Numbered from the stretch's first letter, positions 48,565-57,690 are shown. The stretch is DNA of 64,000 nucleotides from Methanobacteriota archaeon (GCA_027064425.1 JAMOPO010000027.1:179353-243352), one strand, 5' to 3'. The notes: generated by a model from the letters alone, not told the origin. Translations and numbers: made by a program.

Positions 48565-48667
48565 CCCGGGTGAGGTCCCCCGAAGGGGGTCACCATGAGC
48601 CCGGGCGGGTTTACCCCGCCGCACCCTCCTCACGCTCATTCATCTCCGCCGGGCAGGGGGTTGTCCA

Positions 48668-50248
48668 GTGGAGCCGAGGGAGCTCGCCGAGCGGTTGGGC
48701 GAGCGGGACCTAAAGATTCTGCTCGCGCTGCGGGAGCGCGGTCGGGCCACGCCCGAGGAGCTGGCGCGGGAGCTGGGGTACGATGAGGGTCCGGTGATGA
48801 GGTCGCTGTACTGGCTGGAGGAGCGCGGCCTGATCGAGTCGGAGGAGAGCCGTGAGCGTGTGTACGAGCTGGGTGAGGAGGGCGAGGAGTACGCGGAGAA
48901 GGGCCTGCCGGAGCTCCGGGTGGCCCGGGCTCTGGTCGAGGCGGGCGGGGAGCTCGGGCTGGAGGAGGCCCTGGAGCGGGCGGGCGTGCCCAAGCGGCTG
49001 GCCGGTCCCACGCTGGGGTGGTTGAGGAGGAAGGGGCTGGCCGAGATCAAGCGCGAGGATGGTGAGACCAGGCTCGTCTTCGTGGGCGAGGAGGAGGCCA
49101 TTGAGGAGGACCTGGACCAGCGGGTGCTGGAGGCGCTGTCGGAGGGCCCGGCCTCGGTGGAGGAAGTGGCGTCGCGGCTGGATGAGGACGTGGAGAAGGT
49201 TCGGGAGGCGCTCGAGCGGCTGTCGGAGCGGGAGAACGTGGTGGAGGAGCGGGAGGTGCGGCGTCGGGTCGTGCGGCTGACGGACCGGGGCGAGGAGGTG
49301 GCGGAGTGCGCGGAGGAGGTGCTGGAGCGGGACTGGATCACGGAGCTGAAGCCGGAGCATCTGCGCGAGGGTACGTGGCGGGAGAAGGAGTTCAAGCCGT
49401 ACGACGTGCGGGCGCCGACGAAGCCCTCGTACCCGGGCAAGCGGCACCCGCTGCGGGAGGTGATCGAGGAGATCCGGCGCGTGTTCCTGGAGATGGGCTT
49501 CAAGGAGGTGTCCGGGCCGCTGGTGGAGTCCAGCTTCTGGAACTTCGACGCGCTCTTCCAGCCGCAGGATCACGCGGCTCGGGAGATGCAGGACACGTTC
49601 TACCTGGAGGAGCCGTCGGAGGCGGAGCTGCCGGACGAGAAGGTCGTGGAGCGCGTCAAGTCGGTGCACGAGGACGGTGGTGACGTGGGCTCGCGGGGCT
49701 GGGGGTACGAGTGGGACGAGGGGATCGCGCGGAAGACGGTCCTGCGCACGCACACGACGGCCGTCTCGGTGCGCAAGCTGTACGAGGCGGAGGGGCCGCC
49801 GCTGAAGCTGTTCTCGATCGGGCGGGTCTACCGGCGCGAGACGGTCGACTACAAGCACCTCCCGGAGTTCCACCAGTGTGAGGGGATCGTGCTGGCGGAG
49901 GACGTGTCCTTCCGCGAGCTGCTGGGGATTCTGGAGGAGTTCTACAAGCGGATGGGCTTCGAGGAGGTCCGGTTTCGGCCGGCGTACTTCCCGTACACGG
50001 TCCTGTCCGTGGAGCCGGAGGTGTACTTCGAGGAGAAGGGCGAGTGGGTCGAGCTGGGTGGTGCGGGGATCTTCCGGCAGGAGGTGCTCCGGCCGCTCGG
50101 GTTCGACGAGGACGTCGTATGCCTGGCCTGGGGACTGGGCGTCGAGCGGTTGGCCATGATGAAGCTGGGCATCGACGACATCCGGGAGCTGTACATGGGT
50201 GACCTCAAGACGCTGCTGGAGCTGCCCTCGGCGCGGGCGAGGCGGTAG
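48668..50248 (+). CDS. pheS: phenylalanine-tRNA ligase alpha subunit
   Basis: G..HP, FWNFDALFQPQDH.AR, LRTHTT, YRRE.VD..H..EFHQ, PAYFPYT, AWGLG.ER. Confidence 0.97.
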   Translation: MEPRELAERLGERDLKILLALRERGRATPEELARELGYDEGPVMRSLYWLEERGLIESEESRERVYELGEEGEEYAEKGLPELRVARALVEAGGELGLEEALERAGVPKRLAGPTLGWLRRKGLAEIKREDGETRLVFVGEEEAIEEDLDQRVLEALSEGPASVEEVASRLDEDVEKVREALERLSERENVVEEREVRRRVVRLTDRGEEVAECAEEVLERDWITELKPEHLREGTWREKEFKPYDVRAPTKPSYPGKRHPLREVIEEIRRVFLEMGFKEVSGPLVESSFWNFDALFQPQDHAAREMQDTFYLEEPSEAELPDEKVVERVKSVHEDGGDVGSRGWGYEWDEGIARKTVLRTHTTAVSVRKLYEAEGPPLKLFSIGRVYRRETVDYKHLPEFHQCEGIVLAEDVSFRELLGILEEFYKRMGFEEVRFRPAYFPYTVLSVEPEVYFEEKGEWVELGGAGIFRQEVLRPLGFDEDVVCLAWGLGVERLAMMKLGIDDIRELYMGDLKTLLELPSARARR

Positions 50249-50249
50249 C

Positions 50250-50759
50250 TCACCGGCTCACGCGTGACCAAACCTCGCGCCACCTGCCCTCGCACCGGAC
50301 CTTGATCTCCCGCTTGAGGAGGTTCATGAGCGTCATCACGAAGGTCTCGTCGGTCCCGCGGATCACGGACTCGGGTTTGAACCCGTTGTCCGCGAGCGTG
50401 CGGAGCCAGGGCAGGCCGGCCTCGGACACGAAGTCCTGGACGGACACGCCCAGGTCCTGAGAGAAGGTGTCGACGACGGCGAGCACGGCCGCGTCGACGC
50501 AGACGCGCCACGCGTCCCGGTTGGCCGAGGTGATGGGGTAGTACATGTCCGACCCGTTGGCCCAGCACAGGAGGTCGGCCAGGGCGGCGGAGAACAGGCC
50601 CACGACTCCGGCGGTCAGGGAGAGCGGGTTCTCGTCGTCCCGCACGTCCATGGACAGGAGCATGAGCTCGCGGTGGTCAACCCACACGGTGGCCCGCAGC
50701 TCCTGGACCCGGAGCTTGCGGCCCGTGAGGACGTCCAGAACCCATTTTTGCACCTTCAC
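50250..50759 (-). CDS. hypothetical protein
   Basis: ORF with GGAGG SD before GTG 50759 (longest ORF extends to 50837); no recognised motif. Confidence 0.55.
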   Translation of the reverse strand: MKVQKWVLDVLTGRKLRVQELRATVWVDHRELMLLSMDVRDDENPLSLTAGVVGLFSAALADLLCWANGSDMYYPITSANRDAWRVCVDAAVLAVVDTFSQDLGVSVQDFVSEAGLPWLRTLADNGFKPESVIRGTDETFVMTLMNLLKREIKVRCEGRWREVWSRVSR

Positions 50760-50810
50760 GGAGCCCTCCTCGACGCCCGAGAACACGGTGGGATCCCCCG
50801 GACGACCCCC

Positions 50811-50872
50811 GCGGGATGATGAGACCTCGGTACGCACGGAGGAGTGATGACGACCGGCACTCGGGCTGAGCT
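50811..50872 (+). ncRNA. C/D box sRNA
   Basis: ATGATGA-gacctcggtacgca-CGGA-GTGATGA-cgaccggcactcggg-CTGA canonical box order. Confidence 0.85.
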
Positions 50873-50934
50873 AGGGCGTCTTGGCCCGGGTTGGGGCAGA
50901 AATAGGAGTTTCCGAGCCCGGCGGGGACCACGCG

Positions 50935-51822
50935 CTAGAAGGACGTGAACCGCTGGCCCTTGCGGGCCAGCCTGGCGACCTCGTCGATCGTGGCGAACGC
51001 GACGCCCGGGTGGGCGCGGGCGAAGTCAACGAACTTGAGGATGATCCACCAGTACTTCGGGTTGGCCGTGATGTGCTCGTGGAAGAGCACGACGAACACG
51101 GTCGGTCGACCCGGCCTCCCGTGCTTGTAGTACTGCATGAACCCGCGCTTAAGGTTCTCCAGCGCCTCCTCGGGGTGACCGGCCTGGATCTTAGGCCGCA
51201 CGAACAGGTCGTCGGCGAACGAGCACAGGAACTTGGGCCTAACCGGGCGACCGTCTTTGTACTCCCACTCGGTGTAGCAGGCGATCGGAATCTCCAGGAT
51301 CCGGTGGCCGTCGACCGTGATCCACCGCGGGGCCCCGCGGGTCCCGGGCCGGGTGTAGATCTCGCTGGAGTCGATCCAGATCCCCTCCTTGATCATGGCC
51401 CGGTAGGTGTTCCGGTCGATGGCCAGGCCCGGGGCCCGGTAGGCGTCCGGCCGGACCCCAGTGGCCTTCCGAATCTGCTCCTGGGCGGTGTGGATGATCT
51501 TGCGCTGCTCCTCGACCGGCAGGCCAGCCAGCTTGCCCGGGTGACCGAGGAACGCGTACGAGGCTCCCCCGTCGTTGGCGTGATTGATGAGGTCGCAGCC
51601 CAGCTTCCGGAGCTTCCTCATTCGATCCGGGTAGGCGTAGGCCTCCCACGCCGGAACGGCGAAGGTCATCGGCACGCCTCTCCGCTTGAGCTGCTCCGCG
51701 AGCTGGACGGCGTGCTTGGAGCCGCCGCAGAGGTCCTCGGTGATCACGACGATGCACCTGGCCCGTGACAGCTGGGTGAGCCGGTCCTGCTTGCCGCTCT
51801 TGGACGGGTGGAAGTAGCACAC
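50935..51822 (-). CDS. polysaccharide deacetylase (NodB-like) family, probably secreted
   Basis: VITED, P.TFAV, NH..D, YRAPG, DSS, EIP, FH motifs; signal-peptide-like in-frame extension upstream. Confidence 0.75.
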   Translation of the reverse strand: MCYFHPSKSGKQDRLTQLSRARCIVVITEDLCGGSKHAVQLAEQLKRRGVPMTFAVPAWEAYAYPDRMRKLRKLGCDLINHANDGGASYAFLGHPGKLAGLPVEEQRKIIHTAQEQIRKATGVRPDAYRAPGLAIDRNTYRAMIKEGIWIDSSEIYTRPGTRGAPRWITVDGHRILEIPIACYTEWEYKDGRPVRPKFLCSFADDLFVRPKIQAGHPEEALENLKRGFMQYYKHGRPGRPTVFVVLFHEHITANPKYWWIILKFVDFARAHPGVAFATIDEVARLARKGQRFTSF

Positions 51823-51969
51823 CGCGGCGGTGATCGCGGCGGGTAACAGGGCGGCCAGCGCGATCGCGACCTTGGTGGAGATCCGGCCGCTGCTCCCTAG
51901 GAGTCCGAAGGGGTAGGTCCTGGGGGTGCTCGGTCCGGGGCGTGACGTTTTCCGGGGCAGGGAAAGCCC

Positions 51970-52200
51970 CCCTGTGGGCCCGGGTTAAACGGCGGGTCAT
52001 CGACGGGCCGAGTCGATGGTCGGCCCTACTCCGGGGGGTGTCCCGCCGCCGTCCCCCCGGGCCCTTCATCGGCTGTACCCGGCGGTAGCCGGCCCGGCGG
52101 GTCATCCCCGGGTCAGGCCGCGTCCCCCGCGGGCGGGGAGGGCCGGGATTCGGTCCCGGCGGTCATCCCTTGCACGGGGCCTCCTGGGCCGGTCCGGGCC
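51970..52200 (-). ncRNA. multi-hairpin H/ACA-like sRNA candidate
   Basis: Minus strand has GC hairpins each with GATGA K-turn/K-loop; two end in ACA (52076-52074, 51975-51973); TTTAAG upstream at about 52215. Confidence 0.6.
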
Positions 52201-52256
52201 CGTCGCGAGGCGACTTAAATTTGACTCTCGGGCGCTCCGGTCACGAGGGGATCCCG

Positions 52257-53072
52257 GTGACCATCATCAGCGCGCTGGAGCCCGGCCTCTCCCGAGTGTC
52301 GCCGGAGGTGAGGCCCAGCCGGGAGTGGGCGTGGCTCGGCCCGCCCGTGAAGCCCTCGCGCAGGTTCCACCGGGCCGTGTCCCTGGCCGCGAGCGTGGCG
52401 GTGGGGATGCCGGTGGACGTGCGGCACCCCCGGTCGGTCCACCCGGCTGAGCTGGTTGAGTACCTGAGCTTCGACGATCGGGTGTGGGAGCTGCTTCGAG
52501 GCCTGTTGGAGCGGTCGGAGGAGGTGTCGCGCGACGCTGGGCGCGCGGTCCGCCGGGTGCTCAGGGAGGGTGTGAGGGGGCTCCTGCGCGCGGACGTGGA
52601 CGCGGTCGCGCGGATCTTCCTGCCCGTGATCGCCCTGGGGAACCGGTCGGCCTGGGACGACCGGTTCGTGGCGGAGCGTCTCTCCCGCGGGTTCTCCCGG
52701 GTGCTCGGCGAGCGGGTGTGCCTCCCGCCCGTCCTGGTTGGGGACTTTCTGAGGTGCGTGTACGAGCTGGCGGAGCGGGTCTACGTGTCGGTCCTGCTGG
52801 CGCGCGCCGTGTGCTACCGGGCGGACTCGCTGGGCGTGGGTGTGGAGGAGCTGATGGGCGAGCTCTCGCGTCCCAGGGTCGAGCGGCCGCCCGGCGAGCT
52901 GGAGGAGGTGGTGGGTGGGCTGGTGGAGCTGGCCCGGGATTTCGACGGGTACCTGACGGAGGTGTTGGAGGGGGATCGGGCGGTCGTCGTGCACGCGGGG
53001 CGGCGGCTGGTGATTCGACCCAGCGACTACGACCCGCTGTGGTCCGGGTACACGTCACGAGTCGGTCTCTGA
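52257..53072 (+). CDS. hypothetical protein
   Basis: GAGGGG SD plus GTG; host-like codon usage; no motif. Confidence 0.6.
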   Translation: MTIISALEPGLSRVSPEVRPSREWAWLGPPVKPSRRFHRAVSLAASVAVGMPVDVRHPRSVHPAELVEYLSFDDRVWELLRGLLERSEEVSRDAGRAVRRVLREGVRGLLRADVDAVARIFLPVIALGNRSAWDDRFVAERLSRGFSRVLGERVCLPPVLVGDFLRCVYELAERVYVSVLLARAVCYRADSLGVGVEELMGELSRPRVERPPGELEEVVGGLVELARDFDGYLTEVLEGDRAVVVHAGRRLVIRPSDYDPLWSGYTSRVGL

Positions 53073-54614
53073 CTCGGAGTCGCGCCCTTCGCGCCGGGCG
53101 ATCAGGGCGTTGACGCCGTCCACGAAGGCCTGCAGGCTTGCCACGACGATGTCCTCGTGGGAGGAGCCGGAGCTGACGGTCTCGCCGGTCTCGGGGTCGC
53201 GGAGCTTGACGTCGACGTGGGTGATCGCGTCGGTCCCGCCGGTCAGGGCCCGGGCCCGGTACTCGACGAGCTCGAACTCGACTCCCTGGTCCCTGAGGGC
53301 GCGCTGGAGCGCCTTGATGGTCGCGTCCACGGGTCCGACGCCGGTGGCGGCGGCCTCCTTCCTGGTCCCGTCGATCTTGACGACGACGGAGGCCGTGGGG
53401 AGCGCGTTCTTCCCGGTCACGGTGGTGAAGTCGTCGACCTCGATGTCCCGCTTCCGGGGGCGCTCGAGCACGTCCTCCGCGATCGCGCGCAGGTCGGCCT
53501 CGGTGATCCGCTTGCCCCGGTCCCCGAGGCGCTTGAGCCGCTTGGTGATCTCGAGGAGCTGCTCCTCGTCCACCTCGATGTTCATTCGGCGGAGCTTCTC
53601 GCGGATCACGGAGGTGCCCACGTGCTTGCCCAGGACGAAGCGGCGCTTGCGGCCGACCTTCTCCGGCGGGATGGGCTCGTAGGTGCTCTCGTCCTTCATG
53701 ATCCCGTCTACGTGAATGCCGGACTCGTGGGTGAACGCGTTCTCACCGACCACGGCCTTGTTGGGCGGGACCTGCACGCCCGTGAGGCGCTCCACGAGCT
53801 TGGACAGCTCGGTAAGCCGCTCGGTCTCGATGCCGGTGTCCACGCCGTACAGCTCCTCCAGGACGATCACGACCTCCTCGAGCGCGGCGTTGCCCGCGCG
53901 CTCGCCGATCCCGTTCACGGTCACGTGAACCTGCTCGGCCCCGGCCCGGACGGCGGCGACGGTGTTCGCGGTCGCCATCCCGAAGTCGTCGTGGCAGTGA
54001 ACGCTGAGGACGACCCCGTCGTCCAGGTGCTCGCGCAGCTCCCTCACGGCATGGAACATGCCCTCCGGCGCCATGATGCCCACCGTGTCGTTGTAGCCGA
54101 CCCGCTCCGCGCCGGCCTCGAGGCAGGTGTCGAAGACGTCGCGGAGGTACTCGAGCTCGGTTCGGGTGCCGTCCTCCGTGGAGATCTCAACGGTCAGGCC
54201 GTGGTCCCGGGCGTACTCCACCACCTCCGCGGCCCGCTCCAGGACCTCCTCCCGGGTCATCCGGAGCTTCTTCTCGACGTGAACTCGGGAGGTGGGCACG
54301 ACGATGTGGACCGCGTCCGCGTCCGCCTCCACGGCCGCGTCCACGTCTCCCTCGACCATCCTCGCCATGCTGCAGACCTCGGCGTCGAGCCCCTCGGCGG
54401 CGATCCGGCGGATGGCCTTGGCCTCACCCTCGCTCGCGGCCGCGAAGCCGGCCTCGATCGTGTCCACGCCGACCTCGTCCAGCTTCCGGGCGATCGTCAG
54501 CTTCTCCTCGGGCGTGAGGGCGACCCCGGGCGTCTGCTCCCCGTCCCGGAGCGTGGTGTCGAAGATCCTCACCCGGTCGGGCAGGTTGGCGTCGCTGTTG
54601 GCCTCCTCGAGCAC
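53055..54614 (-). CDS. cimA: (R)-citramalate synthase (LeuA/CimA family)
   Basis: DTTLRDGEQTPG, VHIVVPTS (CimA-type rather than LeuA IHTFIATS), HCHDDFGMATAN, GIGERAGN, regulatory domain. Confidence 0.8.
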   Translation of the reverse strand: MLEEANSDANLPDRVRIFDTTLRDGEQTPGVALTPEEKLTIARKLDEVGVDTIEAGFAAASEGEAKAIRRIAAEGLDAEVCSMARMVEGDVDAAVEADADAVHIVVPTSRVHVEKKLRMTREEVLERAAEVVEYARDHGLTVEISTEDGTRTELEYLRDVFDTCLEAGAERVGYNDTVGIMAPEGMFHAVRELREHLDDGVVLSVHCHDDFGMATANTVAAVRAGAEQVHVTVNGIGERAGNAALEEVVIVLEELYGVDTGIETERLTELSKLVERLTGVQVPPNKAVVGENAFTHESGIHVDGIMKDESTYEPIPPEKVGRKRRFVLGKHVGTSVIREKLRRMNIEVDEEQLLEITKRLKRLGDRGKRITEADLRAIAEDVLERPRKRDIEVDDFTTVTGKNALPTASVVVKIDGTRKEAAATGVGPVDATIKALQRALRDQGVEFELVEYRARALTGGTDAITHVDVKLRDPETGETVSSGSSHEDIVVASLQAFVDGVNALIARREGRDSESETDS

Positions 54615-54659
54615 CCGCCGGGCTTCAGATAAAGCGATCCCCCACGGAGGGAACCCCCG

Positions 54660-55478
54660 CTAGAGGGCGTCCTCGACGGCCTCGACGAGCGCCTCGTACG
54701 ACTCTTCAAGCTTTCGCGGGTCGGTGCGCTCCTCGCGGGAGAGTGGGGGCAGCCGGACGACCTCGATGGGCTCCAGGACCTCGAGCACGCTCAGGGTGAC
54801 GGGCTCGCGTCCCGAGGCCATCGTTTCGACGGCCCGGGCGTAGTCGCGGAGGTCGTAGAGCAGGGCCGTGCCCGGGCCCACGGCCACGACCACGCCCTGC
54901 TCCTTGAGCACCCCGGGCCAGGGGGCGGCGAGGTTGTTCAGGCTCTCGACGAGCACGGGGCCCTCGCGGCGGATCTTGCGCCAGGCCCGGTCGATGACGC
55001 GGTAGATCTCCTTGGGGGAGGGCTCCTCGGCGTGCTTCTCGATCCGGTCGCAGTTCTCGAGCATCTGGGTCGCCTCCTCGGGGAGGTAGCGGAGGTCGGC
55101 GTCCGAGCCGTAGAGCCGCACGGTGTCGCCCAGCCGGTCGAACAGGACGTAGGCGTCGGGCCGGCTGGAGACGTAGCGCAGCGACATCTCGGACTCGACG
55201 GCCTTGGCCACGTCGGGGGTGGTCCAAACCCGGTGGAAGGGGTTCACGAGGGTGGGGGGCAGGTCCTCTCCGGCGGCGTCGAGGAGGCGGGTCACGTCCC
55301 GGCTCACGGGTATCCCGAGCTCGACGCACTTCCGGGTGTGATCGTAGTGCAGCCACACGTTGTGCCCGGAGCGGGGCTTGAAGGGGACGAGGTCTAGGGC
55401 GGAGACGAGCGGGATCGACGCGGTCGTCTTGCCCGAGTCGCTCTCCAGGAGCCCCACGACCAGGACGACGGAGGTCAC
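54660..55478 (-). CDS. P-loop ATPase/GTPase (COG4028-like)
   Basis: VGLL..DSGKTT, FKP.SGHN.W, VNP, LVES.N. Confidence 0.75.
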   Translation of the reverse strand: MTSVVLVVGLLESDSGKTTASIPLVSALDLVPFKPRSGHNVWLHYDHTRKCVELGIPVSRDVTRLLDAAGEDLPPTLVNPFHRVWTTPDVAKAVESEMSLRYVSSRPDAYVLFDRLGDTVRLYGSDADLRYLPEEATQMLENCDRIEKHAEEPSPKEIYRVIDRAWRKIRREGPVLVESLNNLAAPWPGVLKEQGVVVAVGPGTALLYDLRDYARAVETMASGREPVTLSVLEVLEPIEVVRLPPLSREERTDPRKLEESYEALVEAVEDAL

Positions 55479-55494
55479 GGTACCCTCCCCCGGG

Positions 55495-56226
55495 GTGACG
55501 GGCTTGCGGGAGTGGCGGCCCGAGCCGGGGTACGACCCGCTGGAGACGGCGGAGGAGGTCCGGGAGTGGGTCTGCCGGGATCGCGCCCGGCGGTACTACC
55601 GGTTCCGGGAGACCCGGTTTTACGGTGGCTGCGCGACGGCGGACGCGGTCGGGTGCAACCTGGACTGCGCGTACTGCTACGTCAACTACCCACGCCGGAG
55701 GCCGTGGGAGCGCAGATGGCGGTTCTACCCACCCGAGGCGGTGGCGCGCCGGCTGGCGGGGATGAGGGGGGACGTGGTCCGGGTCTCGGGGTGCGAGCCG
55801 ACGCTTTGCCGGGAGCACCTGTTAAGGCTGATCGAGGCGTGCGAGCGGGAGATGCCCGAGCGGCGGTTCGTGCTCGAGACGAACGGGACGCTGCTGGGGG
55901 CGGACCGGTCGTTCGTGCGCGAGCTGGCCGACTTCGAGAACCTGCACGTCCGGGTGTGCCTGAAGGGCTGCGATGAGGATTCCTTCGCGCGGATCACCAA
56001 CGCGGACCCGAGCGGGTTCGAGCTGCAGCTCAGGTGCCTTCGGCACCTGATGAGCGAGGGGGTCTCGTTCCACCCCGCGCTCCCGGACCTGTTCGAGCGG
56101 GAGGAGGTCGAGCGGCTGGTCGAGAGGCTGAGCGAGCTGGGGATCCCGCCGGGGGCGCTGGAGGTGGAGCCGATCACGTTCTACGAGCACGTGGAGCGTG
56201 AGATGAGGAGGAGGGGGCTGCGGTAG
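55495..56226 (+). CDS. radical SAM protein
   Basis: FYGG.ATAD.VGCNLDCAYCY, R.SG.EPT, F.LETNG, VRV.LKG. Confidence 0.88.
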   Translation: MTGLREWRPEPGYDPLETAEEVREWVCRDRARRYYRFRETRFYGGCATADAVGCNLDCAYCYVNYPRRRPWERRWRFYPPEAVARRLAGMRGDVVRVSGCEPTLCREHLLRLIEACEREMPERRFVLETNGTLLGADRSFVRELADFENLHVRVCLKGCDEDSFARITNADPSGFELQLRCLRHLMSEGVSFHPALPDLFEREEVERLVERLSELGIPPGALEVEPITFYEHVEREMRRRGLR

Positions 56227-56284
56227 TCGGGCAAGGCCCCTGCTCTTCATCCGGGGCGTCCGTCGAAACCTCCCTCGTCATCCT
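56225..56284 (-). ncRNA. C/D box sRNA (second of tandem pair)
   Basis: Minus: ATGACGA-gggaggtttcga-CGGA...ATGAAGA-gcaggggccttgc-CCGA. Confidence 0.7.
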
Positions 56285-56297
56285 ACGCCTTTCGGCC

Positions 56298-56357
56298 CGG
56301 TCAGGGAAGCCCAGGTACAGATCATCGGTGCCTCACCCGGTACGGCCTCGTCATCCC
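56298..56357 (-). ncRNA. C/D box sRNA (first of tandem pair)
   Basis: Minus: ATGACGA-ggccgtaccgg-GTGA...GATGA-tctgtacctgggcttcc-CTGA; the C box overlaps the hemL stop. Confidence 0.7.
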
Positions 56358-57643
56358 GTGAGCCGGGTGAGCGCGGACTTGATCGCCTCCTCGGTGCGCT
56401 CGAGGTCCTCCTCGGTGTGCGCGGTGGAGAGGAACCACGCCTCGTAGTTGGAGGCGGCGATCCACACTCCCTCCTCGAGGAGCCCGCGGTGGAAGGTCTT
56501 GAAGGCATCGTGGTCCGCGGCGTTGACGTCCTCGTAGTCCCGCACGCGCTCCACGCCGAAGTACACCTGGAACATGGACTCGACGCGGTTGACGACGCCC
56601 TCCAGGCCCCGGTCCTCGAGCTCGTCGGCGAGCGTGGAGGCGAGCCGCTCGGCCTTGTCCGCGAGCTCGTCGTACGGCTCCTCCCGCTCGAGCACCTCGA
56701 GGGTCACGAGGCCGGCCGTGGCGGAGACGGGGTTGCCGCTGAAGGTGCCCGCCTGGTAGACCTTGCCCTCGGGCGCGAGGTGGGACATGTACTCCTCGGG
56801 GCCGGCGACGGCACCGATGGGCATCCCACCGCCGAGGATCTTGCCCAGGCAGACGAGGTCGGCGTCCACGCCGTAGTACTCCTGCGCCCCGCCCAGGCCC
56901 AGCCGGAAGCCCGTGATAACCTCGTCGAAGATCAGGAGCCGCTCGGTCCCGTCGCAGTACTCGCGGAGGGCCTTGAGGAACTCGGGGTCGGGTGGCACGC
57001 AGCCCACGTTGCCCAGGACGGGCTCGACGATGACGGCGCCGACCTCCTCGTCGAAGCGCTCCACGGTCTCCACGAACGCCTCCACGTCGTTGAAGGGGCA
57101 GACGAGCGTGTGCTCGGCCACGGACTCGGGCACGCCGGGCGAGTCGGGGGCGCCGAGCTCGGAGGCGCCGGAGCCGGCCCGGACGAGGACGGCGTCGTGC
57201 GCGCCGTGGTAGCAGCCCTCGAACTTGATGATCTTCTCGCGGCCGGTGTAGGCGCGCGCGAGCCGGAGGGCGCTCATCGTGGCCTCGGTGCCCGTGTTCA
57301 CGAGGCGGACTTTCTCCACGTTGGGGACCAGCTCGACGACCTTCTCGGCGAGGGCGACCTCGGGCTCGGTGAGGGTGCCGTAGTGGAAGCCGTCGACCAC
57401 CCGCTCCTTGACCGCCTCGACGACCTCGGGGTGCGCGTGCCCGAGGATGAGCGGGCCGAAGGCCATGCAGTAGTCGATGAGGACGCGGCCGTCGGCGGTG
57501 TACAGTCGGGAGCCCTCCGCGCGCTCGACGCAGAAGGGGTACGGGTCGAAGCGTCGGACGGGGCTGCTCACGCCGCCGGGCATCACCTTCTCGGCGCGCT
57601 TGAACACCTCCTTGGACACGGGGAACAGGTCCTCGTACTCCAA
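56351..57643 (-). CDS. hemL: glutamate-1-semialdehyde 2,1-aminomutase
   Basis: PGGVSSPVR, GPLILGH, NTGTEATM, FEGCYHG, FDEVITGFR, GKILGGGMP, QAGTFSGNP; TTG start inferred. Confidence 0.96.
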   Translation of the reverse strand: MEYEDLFPVSKEVFKRAEKVMPGGVSSPVRRFDPYPFCVERAEGSRLYTADGRVLIDYCMAFGPLILGHAHPEVVEAVKERVVDGFHYGTLTEPEVALAEKVVELVPNVEKVRLVNTGTEATMSALRLARAYTGREKIIKFEGCYHGAHDAVLVRAGSGASELGAPDSPGVPESVAEHTLVCPFNDVEAFVETVERFDEEVGAVIVEPVLGNVGCVPPDPEFLKALREYCDGTERLLIFDEVITGFRLGLGGAQEYYGVDADLVCLGKILGGGMPIGAVAGPEEYMSHLAPEGKVYQAGTFSGNPVSATAGLVTLEVLEREEPYDELADKAERLASTLADELEDRGLEGVVNRVESMFQVYFGVERVRDYEDVNAADHDAFKTFHRGLLEEGVWIAASNYEAWFLSTAHTEEDLERTEEAIKSALTRLTG

Positions 57644-57660
57644 GAGCGTCCCCCGCGGGC

Positions 57661-57685
57661 TTTCGTTAAGGTTCTCGTAACGATT
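57661..57685. promoter_or_regulatory. CGTTW-N9-TAACG palindromic element, copy 5
   Basis: TTTCGTTA-aggttctcg-TAACGATT, 5 nt after the tRNA-Thr CCA. Confidence 0.7.
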
Positions 57686-57690
57686 CCCGG

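Noticed and set aside
48460-48640. SRP RNA or RNase P RNA
   Set aside because: No GCCAGGCCCGGAAGGGAGCA helix-8 motif or GAGGAAAGUCC motif; too short.
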